64,000 nucleotides of DNA from Elusimicrobiota bacterium (GTDB lineage: Bacteria; Elusimicrobiota; Elusimicrobia; UBA1565): positions 9,169 to 73,168 of the forward strand of contig JBDRPD010000022.1 in NCBI GenBank assembly GCA_043827405.1, written 5' to 3'. Position 1 is the first letter of the stretch, and the number at the start of each line of letters is the position of its first letter. The notes beneath the pieces are model-generated. The model saw only the letters and a list, made by a program, of their open reading frames with translations. It was not told where the DNA came from and ran no database searches. A program made the position numbers and the translations under genes. This document shows, one piece after another, positions 28,201 through 40,200 of the stretch.

Positions 28201-31200
28201 TTCGCGTAGGCCCTGAAGATACCCGAGGACGTTGAGGACCTCATTGATGTCGCGGGCGGACGCATGCTCGTAGCGCAGCGCCTTCAGCCGCCCTTCCTCG
28301 AGCATGATCAGAGCCTCGAGGGCGGGCATCGCCCGTCCGAACCGCAGCTCGGACTTGGCGCGCTCGATCGACACGGTCGGCGGATACAGGCTCGCCAGGT
28401 AGCGGATCATGCTGCTGTCGCCCGCGACCGACTCATGCTCATAGGTCTTGAGCACTTCCGCGTCGTAGGCCGCCTCGGCCTTCAGGTAGGTATCAAGAGC
28501 GATATCGCGCATAATGAAGTCGGCCGCGCCCCGCAGATTGAGCATATAGTCTTCCAGCAGCGTCTGCTTCGCGTCCAGGCGCGCGCGGTAGAGCTTCTCG
28601 AGGCGCATGACCGCGCCCTGCAGCGCAAAGGGAAGGTCCAGGCTGTCGGCGTAAGCCTCCCGCATGCTCATCAGCAGGCCGTCATTATGCGCAACGGCGC
28701 CGTCGGCCGCCGTGATCTGCCCTTCGATGTCCTGCATCAGGAAGTTGAGGAATTCGGTGCGCCCGGCCGGATCGACCGACAGCGCCGCGAAGATCCTGCC
28801 GAGGACCCCCTCCACCTGCAGGCGCCGTCCCTCGGCGTCGAGCTTGGTCAGGACTTCGAGCTTATGGGCGGCATCGATCTCGGGATGATAGCGCGCCGCT
28901 TCCGCCGCCTCGTGGATCATGCGGTACAGGGAGGACGCCGCGTCGAGGTCCCGGCGGGCCTCGGGCGCCAGGCTGCGCAAAGTGGCGAGCTTATCGAGCA
29001 GGCGCTGCGCGAAGCCCGCATCAAGCACCCGCCGCGAGGCGTAGGAGAGCATGCGCTCCTGCTCGGTCCGCCCCTTTTCCGCTCCGGCCAGTTCCAGCGC
29101 GCGCGCCGACGGGACGATCAGCTTCTGCGCCGGGAAGCCGATCGCCTCCAGCTCGGTGACCAGCTTGATAAAATCGTTCTTGAGCTCGGCCACGGTTTTC
29201 GAGAACTCCAGCAGCGCATCCACCAGCGCCTGCTGGGAGGAAGCCAGCTCAGCGGCGCCGGTCATGCCGCGCTCAAAACGGGCCAGCGAGGCCTGGAACT
29301 CATCGGCGGCGGCGAGGATCAGCCGGTGCTGCTTCTCCACGAGCTTTGACTTTTCGGCCACCGCGTTCATGAGCAGGTGCAGCTGCTGCGCCAGCTCCTG
29401 CATCCGCCCCTGCGACATAAGCTCCTTGCGCAGGGACTCGGACAGAACCTGCTCGAGGCCGCGCTCGATCGAGCGCGGGTCGGGCGCTTCCATGTAGAAC
29501 GCGCCGACCGAGCGGGCGCGGAAGATGCCGAAGGCGGCCACCGGAGTGAAGCCGTTGTAGCTCATCCGCTCCGCGATCACATCCGCCCGGATCTGGTGGA
29601 TCAGGCCGTCCTCGCTGCCCAGCGCCGCGGGGATGCCGCCGTCGAAGAGCGTGCGCCGGATTTGATCGATATTGAGCGCCTCGACCTGGGAGATGAAGCG
29701 CGCAGCGATGCGGCCGAGGTCCCCCGAATCCCCGCCCTGGTCCGCCGGCACCAGCCGCGCGAGCTGCGCCGGCGTGACGTCGCGCGGCAGTCCGAGCAGC
29801 GCCTTGATGCGGTCGGCCTGGATGGCGAGGCGGTCGTTGATGTCGCTTCTGAACTGGTCCAGGTTGTCGGCCAGCTTCTCGGCGCGCGGGTCGCGGCGCA
29901 TGGACTCGGCCCAGCGCTGCAGGCGGACATTGGTCTCGAACTCGGAGAGCAGTATCTGTCCCGAAGACCGCGCGGCGGCGTTCATATTGCGGTTGATGCG
30001 GGTCGCCTTGTCGACGCGCAGCTTGGCCAGCGCCAGCAGCACCTCGGCCGGCGTCTCCGGGTCCCGCAGGCGAACTTCCACCCAGGTGTCGATATAGTTC
30101 TCGCCTATCGGGTCACCGCCGAGGCTGGTCCGTGCCCGGTAGTAGCGCGCGTAGCCGGAGGATTTCTGCTCCAGCAGCTCCGGCGCGAATACTTCAATAT
30201 CGGCCTCCCGCCCGGCGGAGGCCAGGTCCTGTTCGGCGTCCATGACGCGCGCGGTCAGATCGCGGTAGCTCGCCGGCAGCGTCCCGACCACCGCGTCTTC
30301 CGGCTCGGCGCCCAGCCGCGCCAGGTTCGCCTTGAGGACAAACAGCTTGTTATTCAGCTCGACCGCCCGCAGCCGCGACTCCGGGTCCGTTCGGCCGTTG
30401 AGCCGTGCCAGCGCCGATTCCGCGGACTTCAGCTCCGCCTGGACCTGCCGGTAGCTGACGGCGCGGGCGCGGTCGTAGGCGTCGCGCGCGCGCTCCGCAT
30501 CGAGAGTCTGGATGCGCGCCGCCGCCACCCGCTCGGGGTTGCCGATCCCTTCGTCGGACAGGGCGCTGAGCAGGCGGCCGAGCGAACGCACAACGAGCGA
30601 GACCGGCTCGACGCGAACCTGCTGCAGCTTGAGGTCCTTGTCGACCATCTGCTCCACGGCGCGGGCGACTTCGACGCGGGAGTCGAGAATGGCCTTGTCC
30701 GCCGCCGCCGGTTCCTTCTTGGCGAGGATCGCCTTGAGGTCGGCGAGGGCCTTCTGGGGCGTAAGCTCCATGTCCAGGGGCGCGCCCTCGGGCCGCCCCA
30801 TAAGATAGTTCAGCGTCATGAAGGACTGCTGGTAGATCTGCCGCGCCATGATCAAGCGCCGGGAAGCGATATCGAGCTCGCGCTGGAGCCGCGGCACGTT
30901 CCCTTCCGGATCGCCCTTGGCCGCGTCCCGCTGCGCCGCGGCCAGCTGCCGGCGCAGCTCGGGGATGATCTCTCCCTCAAGGATCTGCACCGACTGTCCG
31001 GCATGGTCGATGGCGACCACGTGCCGGTAGATGTCGAGCGCGAGGTCCGCTTCGACCTTGGTCTTGAACTGGTTGAAGTACTTCTCCTCGCTGCGCCCCT
31101 GCGCCGTCTGCAGCTCGCGCAGCTCCTCCGGCTTGAGCTCGAAGGTCAAAATCGGCGTCACCGCCAGCCCGGTTACGCCGAACGAGGGCAGCCAGCCCAC

Positions 31201-34200
31201 GCCGTCGGCCGTAAGGTTGTACCCGGCGAACAGGTCGATATAGAACCGCTTGATCCGGTGGTCGTTGGCCGCGGTCCGGTGCGCGGCCGCCTGCTCCCGC
31301 AGCCCGACCTCCTCCAGGCTCCGGGCGTTCTTGGAGACGACGTTGAAGGCGTCCTGGAAGCTGTCGACGAGAAGCGGGTCGCTGCCGCCGGTAGGCGCCC
31401 GGCCGAAGGAGCGGTCGAGCACGCTCCATCCCGCCGCCAGCATGCCCTTGGACTCCGACTCCAGAATTCCGGCCACGTACCAGTGCCACTGGTCAAACGC
31501 CTCGCGCATCCGCTTCTCGCCGATGAGGCCGTTGCGGTAGGCCTTGATCGCGGTGTCGAGAGCCAGCTGCGACTTGCGCGCGCCGGGAGCCAGATTGTCG
31601 GCGTCGGCGAACCAGGCCTCGGCGCGCTGGCGCTCCTTGGCCGCCCGCAGGCTGTACTCCTGCCACACTCCCTCAATCTCGCGCACCGTGGCTTGGGACT
31701 CCAGGATATACGCCTTGTCATGCTCTTTGGAAGCCGGGTCGTAGATCGGCAGGCGGATGGTCACGCCCAGGCCGAGGACCTGGTTGGCCATATAGTCATG
31801 GAACTGAGCGCCGAAAGAGAAGGTCAGCTTGTCGACCCACGGGATCCAGTCCACCAGGTTGAAGGGGTTGTCGCCGATCTCCTTGGCGATCTCCTCCTTG
31901 TCCAGCATGTGCAGGATCTTTACCATGCGGTCGGGCGTGGCGATAATCGACTTGATCTCGGAGAGCAGGCTCTGCACGTCCCCGGCGCTGAGATTATCGA
32001 ACGGCAGCGCCGCTTTGGGATCGCGGCCGCTGAGCATGTTGTAGCGGATCGAGGCCTGCTGGAGCCGGAGCTCGGCCTCCGCCTCCAGCACCGCGCCCTC
32101 GCGCCGCAGCGCCTCGGTCGGAGCATGCTCCGCCATGGCATGCGCCATCTTCAGCTCCCACTGGGCCTGGGCGATATCGACCACGGTCTGCTGCCACTGC
32201 CGGGTCAGCTCCAGCATGCGGAACTGCAGCCGCAGGGACTCGCGGTAGAGATTCTGCACCTTGGCCTCGATAAGCGCCTTCTGCGTCTTGCTCAGCTCCA
32301 TCGTGGTATGGGTCCCGGCCGCGAAGCCGCCGCCCACCACGCGGTCCGACAGGTCGTCGCCGATCGGGTTGGTTGTGAAGCCGACCATGCCGCGCACGCG
32401 GGTATTGTCGAGGAAGGCGCCGGCCTTGCGCAGCTCCTCGATCTCCTTGGTCAAATTGCCGATGTCCTGCTTGATGAGCTTGGTGCCGATATCGCGCAGG
32501 AACACCGAGCGCAGCTCCTTGACTTTTCCGGCGTCGGCCGCCTCATCCTTTAAGAAGCCGTCAAGCTCGCGGTTGTACTTCTTGAGCGCGCTGGACCCTT
32601 CCAGCGCGTCCGCGGTATTGCGCGTCACGGCCGACCACAGCTCGCCGAGCGTGAACGCCGAGTTCAGCCCGATGGTCAGCCGCGGCTCCTGTCCCACGTA
32701 GCGGGAGCCGTAGCTCAGCGAGATATTGGAATGGTCTCCCGTCTTCTTCGCCAGCTCGAGGAAATAGGTCTTGGCGTCGCCGACCAGGCGCCCCTCGGCG
32801 TTGACTACGACGCCCCAGTTGGGAAGCGTTACCGACACCCGGTCGGACAGCGTGCCGAAGCGCTCGCCCTTCTCGAAGCCGGCGCGGTTCTGGATGATCA
32901 TCCAGGGCTTGCCCTTGTCGTCTTTGATGGTGAAGCCCTTGAGCACCGTGACGCCCACCGAATCCTGATTGTAGTCGTCGGTCCCTTCGACCCGCGCCCA
33001 GAACAGGTCGACGCTGAAGGTCTCTTCCGATTTCAGCAGCTTGGCCACGTTGAACTTGGGCCCGATCTGGGTCCGCTTGTAGTCCTTGTTCTCGCCGTTG
33101 GCCTCGATGACGAAATCCCGGTTGAGATCGGGGTCCAGACCGGTGAAGTCCAGGTTCATGGTCTGCAGGAAGTAGCGCGGGTCCTTGGCCGCGACGCGCT
33201 GCTGCTCGGCCGAGAGGCTCATCACCTCATGGAACTTCCACTCCGTCTTGATGCTGCCGCCGTAGTAGGAGGGCTTGTTCTTGGTGTCGCTGGTCGCGAT
33301 GTCGGCGAAGCCCGCCAGGCCGATATAGAGCTTGCCGTCGAACAGCATCATCGCGAAGTCGTCGAACACCATCATCCGGCTCTGCTGCGCCTGGCTGGTC
33401 ATCTGGGTGTCCGCCGGGATATTCTGGATGAAGCGGTGGAAGTCGATGTTCAGGTAGTTGACCCAGTTCTTGCCCTGCAGCGACTCGACCTGCACCTCGA
33501 CGCCCTTGTCGCCCCACGGCGCGTTCTCGTCGTTGACCGGGCTGGCGAACTGATAGCCGGTCACGCTGATATTGTTGCCCCACAGCTTGGCGACGTTGCC
33601 TAGGGTCACCCAGTTCGAGGTCTCCAGGCCGTGCGGCACCGAGAACTGCGACTGGTAGACCAGGTAGAAGCCGTCGGCGTCGCCGAACTCGAGCATCTCG
33701 GTATTGGGGATAATGCTCGAGATCTGGCTGGGGTCCTCCAGCAGGCGCTTCTGCAGGCCCGCGAGGTTCACGCCCGATGAGGCGCGCTCGAGAAATCCGG
33801 TAAACAGCGTCTCCACGAAGGAGCCGAAGTCCTTTTTGGGCACCACCAGCGCCGCCGTCGCGCCCGAGGTATCGAGGCCCTCCATCATATACATCCCGCC
33901 GTTGATGCGCAGATCCTGGATGCGCTTGGCGAGCGCCGGGCTCAGGCCGCCCGGGTCGCGGAGCTCGCGCAGCTCGCGCGCCAGCGCCCGCTGAACCTTG
34001 TCCGCCCGCCGCAGCGAGTAGTCGAGACTGTCGTTGGCGCGCTCATAGCGCGCCTTGATGTCGTGGTACTGGAGGTTCTGCTCGAGCACGGCGCGGGTCT
34101 TGTCCTGCAGCTCGCGCAGGTTGTCGGCCACGCGCCGCAGGGCGCTCTCATGCGGATCATTGAGCTGCGACATCCAGCGGGTCAGCTTCACGCGCTGCTC

Positions 34201-37200
34201 CTCGAGGTCGTCGTAGGTCTCTTTCAAAGCGTCCTTGAACTTGAGGATCGCCTCTTCTTCGGAATCCGCCGCCGTGACGGCCTTGTCGTGAATCTTCTTC
34301 TGCGCCTCGTAGAAGTCCTTCACCCGCTTGACGGTGTCGAGGCCCTCGGTATCCCAGCCCACCTTCTGGCCGTAGAAGCCGACCCCCGCCCGCGTCAGGG
34401 CGTTGAGCTGGCCGTAGATCGCCAGCTTGCGGTCGAAGACCTGGTCCGAAGTTTCGCTGGCGCCGTCGGCGCGGACATAGGCCTCGTCCTTCTGCAGATC
34501 GGCGATGGCGGTATTGAGGCCCGCCTGCGCCTGCTTGAGGAACACCTCGGCTACCGGGATGCGTTCGTAGAGGTTCTTGCTGGCGCCGTCGATGAAGCCG
34601 TCGGCGAACAGGAACTCGGCGACGGCATAGGCGGCGGAGCCGTCGTCGACGTTATTGACCTGATTGGTGGACGGCACCAGGCGCTTGGCGGCCTCCAGCG
34701 CCATCAGGGCGATGGTGGTGTTGTTATCCAGGGTGGGATCCGGCTGCTTGCCCTCGGGAACGCCTTCCCTATCGCCCATGTCGAGCACCGGATCGCCCTT
34801 GTTCTTGTACTCGTTGCCGATATCGGTCAGCAGGTCGCCCAGGGTGTAGTAGATGCCGTCGTCGACCAGCCGCTGCACGGCGTCGACGCTGGCCTGGCCA
34901 TCGGCCGCGATATTGGTCGGCAGCCGGTACTGCGACAGCTTGACCTCCCCGTTGGTCAGGCGCTCGATGCGGTCGAAGATGTCGTTGATCTCGGCATGCT
35001 TGGCGTTGATCTGCTGGGAGCGCTTGACCTTCTCGGCCTGGTTCTGGGCGATGGCTTTGGGCAGGCTGTAGGGCTGAACGCGGCCGTAAATCTCCTCGCT
35101 GTCGTTGTTGTTGGGATCCTTGCGGCGCTCCAGGTCGGAGAGCAGCTCATTGACGCCGTCATGGTGGCCGTCCGCATTATCATAGCCGTTGAGCAGCTCC
35201 AGGAAGCGCTCGCGCTGCTTCTGGATCTTGGCCATGCCGTCGGCGGCGTCGCCTTCCTTGGCACCGTTGGAGGCCAAGGACCAGGGCACCGTACGCTCCA
35301 GCGTCTCCTTGGTTCCCTCGTACAGATCGATCTGGCTCTGGAACAGCTTGGCATAGGTATCGCCGTTCGGGTCGAAACTCTCTATCGAATCATTCTGGAA
35401 CGGAATCGCATGTCCGGTAATCATCCCCTTGGCTTCAAGCAGGATCGGCCGCACCTTCTCCAGCAGCGCCTTCTTGCGGTCAATGAGCCCCTGTTTGTCC
35501 GGGAAGCCCGCCTTAACGTCGGCGATATCTTTATCGATGTCGGCGATGAGCTCCTGAATGACGCTGACGCCCTGGTCGTAGACCGAGACCGCCTGCGGGA
35601 CCGGCGACCGCAGGGCATCCTGGATCGGCTCGACCTGCGCGTCGGCCTTGGCCCACAGGACCACCGAACGCGCCGCCTGCGGCAGCAGCTGCGCGATCTT
35701 GAGCAGGCTCATCTTGGCTTCCGCGATTTCGTTGGAAGTGTCGCTGGGGAAGCTTAAGGTCTTGAGCTGGTCTTTGTAAGCCTGAACCGCGTCCTTGAGC
35801 TGCTCCAGGGACATCCCGGAGAGCGCCGGCAGAGCGGCTCCGGGAACGTACTGATTAATATAGGCGGCTTCGCGATCCATCCTGGTGAGCAGGCCGCGGG
35901 CATCGGCGCTGTGCTTGGCGATGTCCGACTCCGCCTGCGCCAGCCGCTTGGGCAGCGACAGCGGATAGAAGTCGCCGAAATCATCGGTATCAAGGCCGGA
36001 GTAGGTCGCACTCTGGCGATTGCGGAACTCGTCGCGGGTCTCTTTGTAGTCTTCCAGCTCGGCGAGCCAATGCGCCTTGCGGTCGGCCAAAATCTGCAGC
36101 GTCTGCGCCTCTGAGGGGTTGTTGACGCTCACGTCCGGCACCCCGGGAACCGCGATCACCAGGACGCCGGCGAACTCAACCGGGACGTCGCGGATCTTGT
36201 CGAGCCCCTCATCGACGGAGTCGACGTAGCCCTGCACGTCCGCCAGCTTCGAGTTGAGCTCCTTGAGCGACAGGAAATCCTCGTCGCCGGGCTTGCCGTC
36301 GGTGTACCACTTCACCAGCTCCGGCAGCAGGGCCTTGCGCCGCTGATACTCGGCGAGCGCATTCGGGCTCTGTCCCGCGTCCTCCGCGTCGATGCGCCCC
36401 AGCAGCGCCTTGGCTTCGGTGCGGAAGGCGCCGATATTCTCCACCGCCGAGCGGGTCTGCGACTCGAGCTCCTCCATATCCGTCTTCGACCGCGCAGAAT
36501 CCGCGATCTTGCCTTCCGCGTCCCGCTCCCATTCCTCGTTGCGGCCGTCATTGGTCTCGGCGTCGCGCAAATCCCGCTCCGCCTGCTCCCGCGTCTGCCG
36601 GATCTTCTGCAGCTTGGCGTCGAGCATCTGCTCCATCTGCTTGATGGCGGCCTGGGCGGCGGCGACCTCGTTGAGAGACAGCGCCAGGTCCATCACGGTG
36701 GCCAGCTTGGCCAGGTTCTTGTGAAACTCGAGCATCTCCTTGCCGCCCCGCCGGTCGCGCAAGGCGGTGTCGCGCGAGCGGTTGATCACGGCGAAGAGCT
36801 TGGCCAAGGCGTCCCGGTTGACCAGATCGCCCTTAACCTCGCCGCGCAGGTCCTCGAGCTCGGAAACCATCGACTCCAGCCGCTTCTCGGTTACCTGGTC
36901 CACGCTCTTGACCGCGCCCAGGTCCGGCCGCCGCCTGCTGGTGCCGTCGCGGTAGCGCTCCACCGCGCCGGCGAGGCTCTCCAGCACCGCCTTGCGCAGA
37001 CCCAGCGAGTCGCTGTAGCCCAGGCTTTGGTTCACCTCGGTGCCGAGGAGGGAAGCGTAGTAGGCCTGCAGCTCGGTCAGCTTCGCGATGCGCTGGGCCT
37101 CATACTCTTTGCGGCTGGCGGGATCGTCGGCGGGATTCTGCAGGTCGAAAATCTCGGCGAGCTTGCCCTGAACATAGTCCTCGTCGCGCTTGCTCTCCAG

Positions 37201-40200
37201 CTTCTCGAGCGCCGCGCGGTACTCGGCCTCCTGCTTGGCCGCTTCCGCGGGCGACAAGCTCATCTCTTTAAGCTGATCCCGCTCCTGCGTCTTCTGCAGC
37301 AGGGTCGCCTCCAGCTCGGCGATGCGCTGCTTGACCCGCGTGATCTCGCGCTCAAGGTCCCCCGCCTCGTCCTGCGCCTGCAGCTTGCGCGCTTCCATCT
37401 CCTTGCGCGCGCCGAGGACGAAGCCCTCGGGGCCGCCGCCGCCGCGCGACGCCATGCCCACGATGCTCGCGACCACCGACTGGCCCGCCGCCATCGGCCC
37501 GAGCGGCGTGCTGTTGCCGGCCATGGCCACCTCGATGGCGCTTCCGGGCTCGAGGCCGTGCACGCCGTACACCCCGTGGCGCACGACGTTATACACCGCG
37601 TCCGTGATATTGAAGCCCGCCAGATCCTGCAGCTTGTAGATCAGGATATTGCCCCAGGTGATCGCCCCGCCGAAGGGGATCGGGCTGTCGCCCTCGGGGC
37701 GCTCGACCGCCGCGCCGATGGTATGGAACAGCCGGAACTCGGACCCGGTCAGCGGCTGGTAGGCGGTGTTGAAGAAGCCGTCGATCTCCCCGGCATAGCT
37801 CATGACGCCCTCGATCTCGGCGCCGACCACCATCAGGCCGAACATCGACTTGAGATTCTTGGACCAGAACGACCAGCTGATCGCGGTCCCCGCCACGCCC
37901 AGTATGAAGTCCGCGCTGAGCAGCGGCGGGAGCCGGTGCGCCATGCCGCGCTGGTCCATCAAGCGCTGCTTGGCGACGGCGGGGAAGGTCAGCAGGGTGG
38001 AGAGCGCGAAGGTATTGAGCAGCGCCCCGACCGACAGGTCCGAGATCACCGCATTGAGCGCGCTGCCGGTCACCGCGGCCAGGCTCTCACCGACGAACGG
38101 CACCGCGGAGAGGAACAGCGGCAAGCCGTGGCCGAAGGCCACCAAGGCGTCGCCCAGGAAGGGCACCGCCGTGAGGTGAAACGACAGCACCGGCAGCGGC
38201 GTTAGCCCGGCGATCAGGCCCATGGCGACGGCGCTGAAAATCGCCAGCGTCGCCCGGCGCCAAACGAACTGGACCAGCGGGCCGAAGACCGGGGTGAGGA
38301 AGTAGCGGCGCAGCAGCCGGGCGCCGCGGCCGGCGTAGATATTCTCCTTCAGGCCGACGCCGCGGCGCTGGTGCTTGGCCATCGCGCCCTTGATCCATTT
38401 CTCGGCCGTCGGCAGCCGCATCTCCTCGGTCTCGGTCAGCTCGCCCTTCTCCTCCGCCTGCTTGCGGGCGATCTGGGCGCGCAAAGTGATGAAGTCCTCG
38501 GTCGAGCGCGAGAACTCGTAGGTGATGTTGCGGCGGAAGAAGCCGAAGAAGAACATGTCGAAGAGCTGGTACGGGAATCGGACGAATATCCCGATGAGAT
38601 GCTTGTGCATCTCCAGCGCCCGGACCAACGCTCCGCTCAGCCCCTTGGGGTACTGCCGGTTGGCCAGCTTGCGGTAGCCCGCCTCCGCGACTTTCTTGCG
38701 CCAGCCGAGCTTGACGAAGAGGCGGCTGACCGTTTCACTCAAGAGGCCGCCCTCGTACTTCTTCGAATCCAGCTGCTTGAACTCCTCGCGGTTCATCCGC
38801 TGCAGCTCGTCGTAGACCGCCAGCCAGGCCGCGCGGTCGCTGGTCATCGATAGGCCGTAATCCTCAGCCATCGCCATGAGCTCGGCATGGGGGATATTGA
38901 ACTGCCGGGCGATATAGCTGATGATCTGGGGGGCGTCGGCGCTGTCCGAGAGGCGGGAAATGTGGGGATCGTGCTTGATTCCGCGTACGCTTCTAAAACC
39001 GAACAAGCCCTCGTGGATGTGAGGACTGTTTTCCTTGGGGTTTGGTGTTTTCGGCGAAGTCTCCTCGGAAGGAGGCTTCGCTATATCCCCCGGCGGAGCA
39101 CGCGCCTCGTCGCCGGGCTTTTCCTTGCTCGGCGGCGGCGTCTCCTTGGGCGGCGCGGGGAGCTTGGTCCCCGGCTGGTCCTTGCTCTTGCCCGGCGCGT
39201 CGTCGCGCAGCACAGCGGCGACCTTGCGGATGCGGCCGCGGGCGTCGATAAAGGTGTAAATCGGGTCCTGCTTCCATCTGGAAATGATCTCGACGCGCAC
39301 CGGCTTAAACCAGTGGGAATCCTGCTTAAGCGCCGTATAGGCATCCTCGATGGAGCGGATGCTTGCCAGACGGCTGTTCCAGAGCGTCTGCTTCGTACGC
39401 AGCGGCGACTTGCCCTGCGGCTTCACCACGATGCGCTTGGAGTATACCGTGAGAATTTTCTTTTTCTTGGGAGAGTGGAAGATGAATATCCAGCGCGAGC
39501 TGGGGTTGTTTAGATTGATGGCCACGCGCACCAGCCGCGCGTCCTTGGCGATACGCCGGGCCCGAATCTGGGCCTTGGCTTTGGCTTGCGCCAGCGTCTC
39601 GGCCTTCATCGACCGGGCATCAGCCGGCAGGCTGCGGAAGCTGCGCGGGCTCGCGCCGGCCAGGCCGCTGGGATTGGCGCCTTTGCGCGCCACAGGCTCC
39701 TGCTTCCTGACCGGAGCCTTTTTCTCAACCGGCGCGGCCTTTTTAGCCGGCACTGGCTCTTCAACCGGCGCCGTCTCTTCAACAGGTGCGGGCTCGGCGA
39801 CGACCTGATCGTCTTCGACGGCTTCCTCGGCGCTGCTCGCCGCCGCCCCTTCCATTTCCTCCAGCGCCAGCCTATCGGCCTCTTTCTTCGCCTTCGCCCA
39901 GCGGCCGCGAAGCCAGCCTTCAACGACAAATCCGATCGCGCTGCCGGCCAAGGGGAGCGCCAGCGCCGCCGTCAGCGGCGCGCCGAAGACGGCGAAAGCC
40001 AGATATGCCGCCGCGGTGCCCGCGGCCACGCCGTAAAGCGAGCCGACGCTGATCTCGGTCTCCTGCATCACCTTGCCGTTGAGCAGGCGATCACCGACGA
40101 CCCAGCTGATCAGCGGCACGAACAGCGCGGCGGTCGGATAAACCAGCGCCGCGGCAAAAGCCAAAGCCGTTCCCAGCATGGTCCCGTATATCGCGGCCTT

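Noticed and set aside
39690..39795. Periodic xxxPVx peptide repeats in the giant protein
   Set aside because: Short degenerate linker repeat; not a CRISPR array or mobile repeat.
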